From assembly GCA_036260395.1 (NCBI GenBank), contig DASZZY010000126.1, positions 16,235 through 40,234 of the forward strand: 24,000 nt of DNA, written 5' to 3'. A program made the translations under genes and the position numbers. Numbering within the stretch: the first letter of the stretch is position 1; each line of letters starts with the position of its first letter. This DNA comes from Actinomycetota bacterium. GTDB lineage: Bacteria > Actinomycetota > UBA4738 > CALAEC01. Of the stretch, positions 1-7,365 are shown piece by piece. The notes under the pieces were generated by a model. That model was not told the DNA's origin, made no database searches, and saw nothing but the letters and a program-made list of their open reading frames with translations.

Positions 1-24
1 CATGCCGCTCCAGCCGGAGTAAGG

Positions 25-849
25 TCAGACCGACGTCGTATCGAGGCGGGCGAACAGCTCGTGCGCATCGGGACAACGTCCATGACCCCGCACCTCGCGG
101 CGCCAGACCGCCGTCTCGCTCCACCCCTGACCGTCACCCGGGCCCAGATCGAGGCCGTGCCCGAAGATGGATCGTTCCCATTCGTCCATCCACTCCCGGG
201 CGGCGAGGATGGGGTCCCCCGCCGGCGCCGAGCGAGACGCGTCTTCGATGATGCTTCGTCGGTCACGGTGCATGCGTCGGTAGAAGTGCGACGCGACCTC
301 CAGGAATCGCGCGATCTCCCCTCCACGATCCCGCAGCGCGGCCTCGCTCGCCACGAACCCGACGCCGTAGCCGTCGACGCCGCAGTCGCGGTACCGCACG
401 ATGCCGATGTCCCCGGCGTCGCCAACGGCACGCCGATACCGCTCGGCCAGCGCGGCGTAGTCGGGGACCACGTCGATCACGCCGTCTCGAAGGGCCGACG
501 GAAGGGCGTCGTACGGGAGGTCCACGTGTGATCCGGGTCGCTCTCCTCCCAGACGGGCGATCAGCGCCCGATGCTCGGCGACGAAGGTCGACGGCTCCGG
601 CCCCCCGTACCGTGCTCGCAGGAGGTCAGGGGGCTTCCGGATCGGTGCACCGCCCGCGGGGCGATCGTTCACGAACAGCGCCGCCATCGGGATGTGCCGC
701 GCCAGCACCAACACGCATCGGCCCCCGAACGACCGATCCTCCGCTACGGCATCGACGAACGACGCCAGCTCCATGAGGGCCAGATCGGCGCGGCCCGTGC
801 GGATGCGCTCGAGTCGCCCCTCTCGGCCGACGGGATCGAGGAACTCCAC
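25..849 (-). CDS. NMT1/THI5-like (SsuA/TauA-type) binding-fold protein, apparently truncated at the N-terminus (possible gene remnant)
   Basis: 274-aa ORF. The GTG at 847-849 is the first possible start after an in-frame TGA at 919-921. The translation just upstream of that start still reads like the family (..ALDGFGQASLDVEFLD..). There is no signal peptide and no Shine-Dalgarno sequence. GC3 is high across the ORF. The family assignment is by-eye resemblance only. Confidence 0.45.
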   Translation of the reverse strand: MEFLDPVGREGRLERIRTGRADLALMELASFVDAVAEDRSFGGRCVLVLARHIPMAALFVNDRPAGGAPIRKPPDLLRARYGGPEPSTFVAEHRALIARLGGERPGSHVDLPYDALPSALRDGVIDVVPDYAALAERYRRAVGDAGDIGIVRYRDCGVDGYGVGFVASEAALRDRGGEIARFLEVASHFYRRMHRDRRSIIEDASRSAPAGDPILAAREWMDEWERSIFGHGLDLGPGDGQGWSETAVWRREVRGHGRCPDAHELFARLDTTSV

Positions 850-950
850 ATCGAGACTGGCCTGCCCGAAGCCGTCGAGCGCCCGCGCCGCGTCCAGCGG
901 CGCATGCAGCCCCGGGAGTCAGCCGCAGTACGGCGAGAAGACCAGCGGCG

Positions 951-1820
951 TCATCGCTTCCATCCTTCCTTCGTCGGCAGGCCCCGACGCTGGAGCCGGG
1001 CGACCCGCGCGCGACGTTCGCGTTCCGGGTTTGGGACCGGCACGGCCTCCAGCAGCGAGCGCGTGTACGGCTGGCCGGGCTTCTGGAACACCTCGTGCGA
1101 GTGTCCCATCTCCACGATCTTTCCCCGGTTCATGACGGCCACTCGCTCGCAGACCAGCGGCACCAGCGAGAGGTCGTGGGTGATGAACAGGTAGGAGAGC
1201 TCCAGCCGCCGCTGGAGCGCCGCCAGCAGATCGAGGATCTGGGCGCGGATGGTGACGTCGAGGGCGGACACGGGCTCATCAAGGACCAGCAGGCGCGGCC
1301 GGGACGCCAGGGCCCGCGCGATCGCCACCCGCTGTTGCTGTCCTCCGCTGAGCGCGACGGGATAGCGGCGGCCGTGCTCGGGGAGGAGCTGAACGAGCTC
1401 GAGGAGCTCGTACGCTCGTATCCTCGCCTCGCGAGCGCTGGAGGCCAGCCCGTGGAACCGCAGCGGCTCCGCGATCAGCTCTTCGACGGACATCCGAGGG
1501 TTGAGGGAAACCCGCGGGTCCTGGAAGACGATTCCCACCTGTTTCCGGTACCACCTGAGGGCTCGCTGCGGGAGCGGGGACACATCCGCCCCGCGGAAGA
1601 GGATCTGGCCCCACGTCGGTTCGATCAGCCGAAGCACGCAGCGGGCCAGCGTGGACTTCCCCGACCCGGATTCTCCCACCAACCCCACGGTCTCGCCCTC
1701 GGCGATGGTCAGGGAGACCTCGTCGAGGGCCCGGACCCTGCCCACGGTGCGGCGTAGCACCGCGCCCCGCGTGATGGGATAGTCCTTCACCAGGCCCTCG
1801 ATCCTGAGCAGGGGGTTCAT
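951..1820 (-). CDS. Dpp/Opp/Nik-type ABC transporter ATP-binding protein (DppF/OppF-like)
   Basis: Walker [10 protein letters not shown], signature LSGGQQQR, Walker B LLVLDEP and a C-terminal oligopeptide-type tail ([12 protein letters not shown]). I prefer the ATG at 1818-1820 because it forms an ATGA overlap with the upstream ATPase stop at 1817-1819. The track start at 1835 is a GTG. Confidence 0.9.
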   Translation of the reverse strand: MNPLLRIEGLVKDYPITRGAVLRRTVGRVRALDEVSLTIAEGETVGLVGESGSGKSTLARCVLRLIEPTWGQILFRGADVSPLPQRALRWYRKQVGIVFQDPRVSLNPRMSVEELIAEPLRFHGLASSAREARIRAYELLELVQLLPEHGRRYPVALSGGQQQRVAIARALASRPRLLVLDEPVSALDVTIRAQILDLLAALQRRLELSYLFITHDLSLVPLVCERVAVMNRGKIVEMGHSHEVFQKPGQPYTRSLLEAVPVPNPERERRARVARLQRRGLPTKEGWKR

Positions 1821-2632
1821 GGCCCACCTCGCCACGCCGGTGGGGCGAGCCGGGCGACGGAGGAGATGAGGGCCCGCGTATAACCGTCCCTCGGGCTGGC
1901 GTAGATGGAGCGGACGGAGCCTTCCTCCACCACGCGACCACGGTGGAGGACCACGATCCGGTCCGCGAATCCGGCCATCAGCGCGAGGTCGTGCGTGATG
2001 AGGATCACGCTCATCCCCCGTACCTCCGCGAGCGCGAAGATGAGATCGACGATCTCGGCCTGGGTGGTGACGTCGAGGGCCGTGGTCGGCTCGTCGGCGA
2101 TCAACAGCCCCGGCTGGCAGGCCAAGGCCATGGCGATGACTACCCGCTGCCTCATGCCACCGGATAGCCGATGCGGGTAGTCGTGGGCGCTCCGCGCGGG
2201 CGACGGAAGCTGCACCTCCTCGAGCAGCCGCGTCGCTCGCTCCCAGGCTTCTCGGCGGGAGACGCGCTCGTGCGTCCGGATCGCCTCGCTGATCTGCGCT
2301 CCAACCGTCATGGCGGGATTCAGGGAGTTGAGCGGGTTCTGGAAGATCATGCCGATCCGCGCGCCCAGTAACCGTCGGACGTCCCGACGGCGGAGCTGAA
2401 GCAGATCCGTCCCGTCGAGCAACACCCGCCCCGAGACCTCGGCGCCGGGGATCCTGAGGAGGCGCGTCATGCTGAGCGCGGTCATGGTCTTCCCGGCACC
2501 CGACTCGCCGACGATGCCCAGCCGCTCGCCGCCGGAAAGCGAGAACGTCACACCGTCGAGGATGCGAAGTGCCCCCTCTCGGACATGCAGCGTCGTCGTG
2601 AGGTCGTCAACCTGGAGGAGAGGCTGGCTCAT
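1817..2632 (-). CDS. Dpp/Opp/Nik-type ABC transporter ATP-binding protein (DppD/OppD-like)
   Basis: Walker A GESGAGKT, signature LSGGMRQR and Walker B LLIADEPTTALD. ATG start at 2630-2632, 10 nt after the permease stop. Confidence 0.9.
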   Translation of the reverse strand: MSQPLLQVDDLTTTLHVREGALRILDGVTFSLSGGERLGIVGESGAGKTMTALSMTRLLRIPGAEVSGRVLLDGTDLLQLRRRDVRRLLGARIGMIFQNPLNSLNPAMTVGAQISEAIRTHERVSRREAWERATRLLEEVQLPSPARSAHDYPHRLSGGMRQRVVIAMALACQPGLLIADEPTTALDVTTQAEIVDLIFALAEVRGMSVILITHDLALMAGFADRIVVLHRGRVVEEGSVRSIYASPRDGYTRALISSVARLAPPAWRGGP

Positions 2633-2642
2633 GCCGGCAACC

Positions 2643-3551
2643 TCATCGAAGCGTCGGATCCAGCACGTCTCGGAGGCCGTCGCCGAGCAGATTGAAGCCG
2701 AGGGCGACCACGGCGATGGCGATCCCCGGATAGATCATGAGCTGCGGGGCGCTGGCGAGGTAGCGCTGCCCCTCCGACAACATGGCGCCCCATTCCGGCG
2801 TTGGCGGTCGTACGCCGAGGCCGAGGAACGAGAGGGCAGCCAGGATGAGCAGGAGCTGGCCCGTGCGGAGGGTCGCCACCGCCAGGATGGGGCCGACGAC
2901 GTTGGGGAGGATGTGGCGCGTGGCGATCCGTCGTCCTGACAGCCCCAGCGCCCTGGCGCCCTCCACGAAGTCCCGCTCCCTCATGGCGAGCACGAGCCCC
3001 CGCACGAGGCGCGCGTAGCTCAACCAGTAGACGCCGATCATGGCGATGGCGAGGTTCAGCAAGCCCGGCCCGAGCACACCAGTGACCACCAGCGCGAGCA
3101 GCAGGGGCGGGAACGCCAGTAGAAGATCGACGATCCGCATGATGAGGCCATCGAGGATGCCTCCCACGTACCCGGAAAGCGTTCCCACCACGATGCCGAT
3201 CGTGAGGACCCCCGCACCGATCGCCAGGGTCGTGAGGACCGAAGTCCTCGCTCCCAACACCATCCGCGAGAACTCGTCGCGCCCGAGGTTGTCCGTCCCC
3301 AGCCAATGCTCAGCGCTCGGCGGAGCGTACCGGTTCATCACGTTCTGCCGGGCAGGGTCGTGCGGGGCGATCCAGGGCGCCAACAGGGCCACGAGCACCG
3401 CCAGCGTGACGATCACCAACCCGGCCAGCGCCGTGGGGTCCGCGACGAGTCGGCGGAGGAGGACGCCACGGGCCGGAAGCACGATCGACCGAGGCTCTGG
3501 CGCGGCCGGGTCGATCTGGAACGAGCGCCCCTCCGAGACATCGACGCTCAC
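2643..3551 (-). CDS. ABC transporter permease (DppC/OppC/NikC-like)
   Basis: 302 aa and multi-pass hydrophobic, with an EAA-type loop (FVEGARALGLSGRRIATRHILPN). The GTG start at 3549-3551 overlaps the upstream permease stop at 3548-3550 (GTGA). Confidence 0.9.
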   Translation of the reverse strand: MSVDVSEGRSFQIDPAAPEPRSIVLPARGVLLRRLVADPTALAGLVIVTLAVLVALLAPWIAPHDPARQNVMNRYAPPSAEHWLGTDNLGRDEFSRMVLGARTSVLTTLAIGAGVLTIGIVVGTLSGYVGGILDGLIMRIVDLLLAFPPLLLALVVTGVLGPGLLNLAIAMIGVYWLSYARLVRGLVLAMRERDFVEGARALGLSGRRIATRHILPNVVGPILAVATLRTGQLLLILAALSFLGLGVRPPTPEWGAMLSEGQRYLASAPQLMIYPGIAIAVVALGFNLLGDGLRDVLDPTLR

Positions 3552-4498
3552 CGAACCCCCCTACCCTGAGCCAACGCGACACGCGGATCCAGCCACAGAT
3601 AGACCAGGTCGACCACCAAGCTCACGAGGACGAACACCGTTCCGGAGAAGACCACGAAGCCCTGGAGCATGGTGTAGTCGCGCTGCCCGATGGCCTCGAC
3701 CGCGAGGCGCCCGATGCCCGGCCAGACGAAGATGATCTCGATCACCGCGGAATAGGCCAGCAGGATGGCGAATACCATGCCGACCTCCGTCACGACCGCC
3801 CCCAGAGAGTTCCGGAGGGCGTGGCGGATGACCACGCGCCTTTCCGGAACACCCTTCGCCCGGGCGGTCATGATGTAGTCCTCCCCGAGGACCTCGAGGA
3901 GGCTCGACCGCATCAGCCGGGCGACGACGGCGGCCTCGCCGAGCGCCAGCGCCAGCGCCGGGAGGACCAGATGCTGCAGTCCGTCGCGGCCGAGTGCGGG
4001 CAACCACTGCAGCTCGACTGAGAACACGATGATGAGCAGGAGGGCGAGCCAGAAGGCCGGGACGGAGGCCCCCAACAGTGCGGCGACGCGGAGGAGGTGA
4101 TCGAGGAGACTGTTCCGCCGGATCGCCGCCACAACACCGAGCGGAATGGCGATCACGAGCGTGATCAGCGTGGCGGCCGTGGCCAGCTGAAGCGTCGCCG
4201 GAAACCTCGACACGAGCTCGTCCGTCACCTCGCGGCCGGAGTAGTAGGACGTGCCGAGATCCCCGCGGACGGCCCCCCCGAGCCAGTCGAGGTACTGGAT
4301 CGGGAGCGGGCGGTCGAGCCCGAGCCGGGCGCGGGTCGATGCGAGCTCGGCCTGGTTGGGCTGTCGGTCGTGCACCCGAACGAAGTAGCTGTGTGCGGCG
4401 TCGCCGGGCGCCAGGCGCACGAGGAAGAACGCGAGCAGCGTGATCCCGATCCACGTGGGGATCAGGTACGCCACCCGGCGAGCGATGTACGCGACCAC
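3548..4498 (-). CDS. ABC transporter permease (DppB/OppB/NikB-like)
   Basis: 316 aa. The N-terminus MVAYIARRVAYLIPTWIGITLLAF is typical of this family, and it has an EAA loop (YIMTARAKGVPERRVVIRHALRN). GTG start at 4496-4498. Confidence 0.9.
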   Translation of the reverse strand: MVAYIARRVAYLIPTWIGITLLAFFLVRLAPGDAAHSYFVRVHDRQPNQAELASTRARLGLDRPLPIQYLDWLGGAVRGDLGTSYYSGREVTDELVSRFPATLQLATAATLITLVIAIPLGVVAAIRRNSLLDHLLRVAALLGASVPAFWLALLLIIVFSVELQWLPALGRDGLQHLVLPALALALGEAAVVARLMRSSLLEVLGEDYIMTARAKGVPERRVVIRHALRNSLGAVVTEVGMVFAILLAYSAVIEIIFVWPGIGRLAVEAIGQRDYTMLQGFVVFSGTVFVLVSLVVDLVYLWLDPRVALAQGRGVR

Positions 4499-4587
4499 GA
4501 CCTGGGCCCGGGGTCACCCCCTCGTCGCGCGACGATCGTCCGTGCCATCGCCGGCACGACCGACGACCGGACCGGAGCGTGCCCCGG

Positions 4588-6189
4588 TCACTCGGCGATG
4601 TACACCGTGTCGTATCGGTTGTGGAGTCCCGACGGCGCCGCCTCGAACCCCTCGACGTTCTGGTCGAGGACGTTCACGGTCACCACCCCGGCCAGCGGAA
4701 TCACGATCGCCTCTTGATCGATCAGGATGTGCAGCGCCTCCGCCGTAAGCTCCTTGAGCTCCTCTTCGTCCGGGGTCGCCACCGCCCGGGCGATCACCTC
4801 GTCGAACCGTCCTTTCGGGGCGAAGACCGGCTGGTACCCGATGTTGCCGAACAGGCCGATCGACCAGAACAGGAGGGCCGGGAGGAAGGCAGGGTTGGCG
4901 TCGTTCTGGCTCCCCTGCTCCAGCCACAGATCGCCGGCGAAGCGGTCGAGTCGAGCCTCGTAGGATGCCGTGTCCGGCGTCCTGATGATCTCGACATCGA
5001 TCCCCACCCGGCGTAGCTGGTCCTGGAGGAACTCCGGAACCGCCCCGTGCTCCTCAGCTGAGGGGAAGCCGGCAATCAGCTCGAGGCGCAACGGCTCCCC
5101 GCCCTTCTGCCTGATGCCGTCCGGCCCTGGCATCCAACCAGCTTCCTCGAGGAGGGCCTCGGCCTGCGCCGGGTCGTGCTCGTACCCCTCGATCCGACCG
5201 GCTGCCTCACCGAGCAAACGCGACGGCACCATGGTTTGCTCCCTGGCCGCGTATCCCTCGAACACGCCCTCCACGAGGGCCTCGCGGTCGATGGCGTACC
5301 CGATGGCGTGCCTCACGCGCTCGTCGGTGAGGATGGTGTAGCCAGATCTGCCGCTCTTGTTGAGGTAGATGGCCTCGTACGCGCCCGGCTCGCCGACCTC
5401 CACGGTGAACCCTCGGGCCTCCAGCTCCCCAACGGCATCGGGGGGGATGTCCAGCGCCATGTCCACCTCACGAGCCTCGAGCGCCAGTCGCCTTCCGTTG
5501 TCGTTGGGGATGAACCTGAATGTGATCCTTCGGAGGGTGGGAAGCTCGCCCCAGTAGTCGTCGTTCCGCGCGACCACGATCTCTTCCTGCGGTCGGTAGC
5601 TCACGAACTTGAAGGGCCCTGTCCCGACCGGATCGTCGTTGGGCTCCGTTCCCGGGGCCACGATGAAATAGTTCGGGTGCACCAGCTGCTGAGGGAGGCG
5701 CCGGTTCTCGAACATGGGGGTCACCTCGATCGTGTAGTCATCGATGATCTCGGTGGAGTCCTCACCGAGACCAGGGGTCCCCCCTCCGCCTTCGGCCACG
5801 AGGTTGAACGTGTGCTTCACCGCCTCCGCGTCGAACCGCTGCCCATCGTGGAACCGCACTCCCCTGCGCAGTTCGAACCGCCAGGTGTTCGGAGGCAGGA
5901 ACTCCCACGATGTGGCCAGGCTCGGCAGCACGTTGTACTGCGCATCCATCCGGACGAGCCCCTCGAAGATGTTGATGTTCAGCGGGTACAGCCCGATGGT
6001 TCCTTGATCGCTCCCCCCTCCGGACGTGTACCGGTCCGCGCCCGCTCCCACCACGTGCTCTTGCTCCTCGGGCGGCGCAGGCTGCGTGCCGCCGCGCCCG
6101 TCGGGTTGTCCTCGCATGCATGAGGCGACGAACACCAACAGCAGGCTGAGCGTGGTGATACCCGTTCGCAGCGTGTGGGACGTCCTCAC
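4588..6189 (-). CDS. ABC transporter substrate-binding lipoprotein, family 5 (DppA/OppA/NikA class)
   Basis: 533 aa. It has a signal peptide with a lipobox (LLLVFVASC). Its length and layout match family-5 binding proteins. GAGGAGGAGG lies 9 nt upstream of the GTG start at 6187-6189. The gene order (SBP, B, C, D, F) matches dpp/nik operons. Confidence 0.85.
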   Translation of the reverse strand: MRTSHTLRTGITTLSLLLVFVASCMRGQPDGRGGTQPAPPEEQEHVVGAGADRYTSGGGSDQGTIGLYPLNINIFEGLVRMDAQYNVLPSLATSWEFLPPNTWRFELRRGVRFHDGQRFDAEAVKHTFNLVAEGGGGTPGLGEDSTEIIDDYTIEVTPMFENRRLPQQLVHPNYFIVAPGTEPNDDPVGTGPFKFVSYRPQEEIVVARNDDYWGELPTLRRITFRFIPNDNGRRLALEAREVDMALDIPPDAVGELEARGFTVEVGEPGAYEAIYLNKSGRSGYTILTDERVRHAIGYAIDREALVEGVFEGYAAREQTMVPSRLLGEAAGRIEGYEHDPAQAEALLEEAGWMPGPDGIRQKGGEPLRLELIAGFPSAEEHGAVPEFLQDQLRRVGIDVEIIRTPDTASYEARLDRFAGDLWLEQGSQNDANPAFLPALLFWSIGLFGNIGYQPVFAPKGRFDEVIARAVATPDEEELKELTAEALHILIDQEAIVIPLAGVVTVNVLDQNVEGFEAAPSGLHNRYDTVYIAE

Positions 6190-6472
6190 GAGTGAAAACC
6201 TCCTCCTCGCCCCGGTACGCCGGTCGAGCCGATCGGTGTGCGGCGACCACGAGCGAAGGGAGGTGCCGGTGGCCGCCGATCCCCGTCCACGCTAGCCACC
6301 GCCGGTAATCGGAACAATTGGTGTGTTCGGCACATGACGTCGGTGGTACAACGGGTGAGCTTCGCATATAGCGTGCTGCTGACCCGTCGTGGCCACGTGT
6401 TCCCGGCGCTGGCTGCGCTGGAGGCGGGTTGTCGTACGCTAGGTGAGGCCCAGCCGTAGGAGGAGACGCACG
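6190..6472. promoter_or_regulatory. Divergent intergenic region between the binding-protein gene and the Cys-rich micro-ORF; probable bidirectional promoter/operator region
   Basis: This is the longest non-coding gap in the window (283 nt). It contains the window's most AT-rich patch (about 6306-6375). An imperfect inverted repeat CGGAACA-N7-TGTTCGG lies at 6310-6330 around a CAATTG core. A TATAGC -10-like hexamer lies at 6367-6372. No transcription start data are available. Confidence 0.3.
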
Positions 6473-6619
6473 ATGGCCACCGAACTTGGGATGATCGGCT
6501 GCGATTGCGGCTGCGACTGCTGCCAGCCGGGGCCGGCGAACGAGGCCGAGGAGCGCGAGCTGCTGCTGCACCAGAAGCGGCTGATCGACCAGCGGCTCGC
6601 GCAGCTGCAGGGGAACTGA
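6473..6619 (+). CDS. Unannotated 48-aa Cys-rich small protein (MATELGMIGCDCGCDCCQPGPANEAEERELLLHQKRLIDQRLAQLQGN)
   Basis: It is below the ORF-track size cut-off. The ATG is preceded by GGAGGAG with 7-nt spacing. 45 of 48 sense codons end in G or C, matching the genome's coding bias. Five Cys fall within 8 residues (codons at 6500-6523), followed by a heptad-like helical tail. It sits 47 nt upstream of the M50 protease gene. Confidence 0.6.
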   Translation: MATELGMIGCDCGCDCCQPGPANEAEERELLLHQKRLIDQRLAQLQGN

Positions 6620-6666
6620 CGGCCGCCCCGGATGCGCCCGGGGAGGGAGGATCTCCGCGGGCCGCC

Positions 6667-7365
6667 GTGGAGCGCCCGAGGGGGCGCACGCTGCCGTCGC
6701 TGCGGTTCCGGCTGGCGGGGATCCCCGTCAGCGTCGACCTGCTGTTCTTCGTCACCGCGCTGTTCCTCGGGACCTCCGCGGGGCGGGACGGCGCCTCGCT
6801 CCTCGTCTGGGTCGCGGTGGTGCTGACGTCCGTCCTGTGGCACGAGCTGGGGCACGCCCTCGCGCTCCGGGCGTTCGGGTACGCGCCGGTCGTCGAGCTG
6901 TGGGCCTTCGGCGGACTCACCTACCGCGCGTCCGGGAGCAGGACGCCGGCGGGCAGGTTCCTGGTCGTCACGCTCGCCGGCCCGGGGGCCGGGCTGATCC
7001 TCGGGGGGACCGTTCTGCTCTGGCTGCGCACGGCCGCGCCGCTCGACCTCGGTCCGCTTGCGGAAGCGGCCATCGTGGACGTCCTGTGGGTCAACATCGG
7101 CTGGGCGATCCTCAACATGATCCCGATCCTGCCGCTGGACGGCGGGAACGCCCTGGCGTCGTTCCTGGACCTTGTCACGCGCGGCCGGGGGATGCTCCCC
7201 GCCCGGGTGGTCTCCGTCCTTCTGGCGGGGGCCGGCGTAGTGGCCGCGGTCCTGGCCCGCGAGTGGTGGCTGGCGCTGCTGGCGGGGTTCTTCCTGCTGA
7301 CGAACGCCTCGGCGCTCCGCCGTCCGCGCCGTCCGGCGGCGCGCGCCGCGCCCGAGGAGCGCTAG
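6667..7365 (+). CDS. M50-family (site-2-protease type) membrane zinc metalloprotease
   Basis: HELGH motif (VLWHELGHALALRAFG) plus a second motif NMIPILPLDGG, in a polytopic hydrophobic protein. The track start at 6505 is a TTG inside the micro-ORF. The GTG at 6667 is the only in-frame start after the micro-ORF stop, but its Shine-Dalgarno sequence (GGAGG at 6646-6650) is 16 nt away, so the start is uncertain. Confidence 0.8.
   Translation: MERPRGRTLPSLRFRLAGIPVSVDLLFFVTALFLGTSAGRDGASLLVWVAVVLTSVLWHELGHALALRAFGYAPVVELWAFGGLTYRASGSRTPAGRFLVVTLAGPGAGLILGGTVLLWLRTAAPLDLGPLAEAAIVDVLWVNIGWAILNMIPILPLDGGNALASFLDLVTRGRGMLPARVVSVLLAGAGVVAAVLAREWWLALLAGFFLLTNASALRRPRRPAARAAPEER

Noticed and set aside
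1-24. The window begins with 'cat', and GGAG lies 6 nt upstream on the minus strand. This suggests another minus-strand gene starting at position 3 and running out of the window.
   Set aside because: Only the start codon is visible, so nothing can be annotated.
4499-4587. Small palindromes and hairpins (GACGATCGTC, CGTGCC-N6-GGCACG) in the 89-nt gap after the binding-protein gene.
   Set aside because: This could be an mRNA-stabilising stem-loop of the kind common after SBP genes. The stems are short and not distinguishable from background by eye.
6238-6459. A 73-aa ORF inside the divergent intergenic region.
   Set aside because: Many of its codons end in A or T (cga, gga, ggt, aat, gta, caa, tat, cgt...), unlike every supported gene here. 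It has no RBS and no recognisable motif. The region is better explained as promoter or 5'-UTR sequence.
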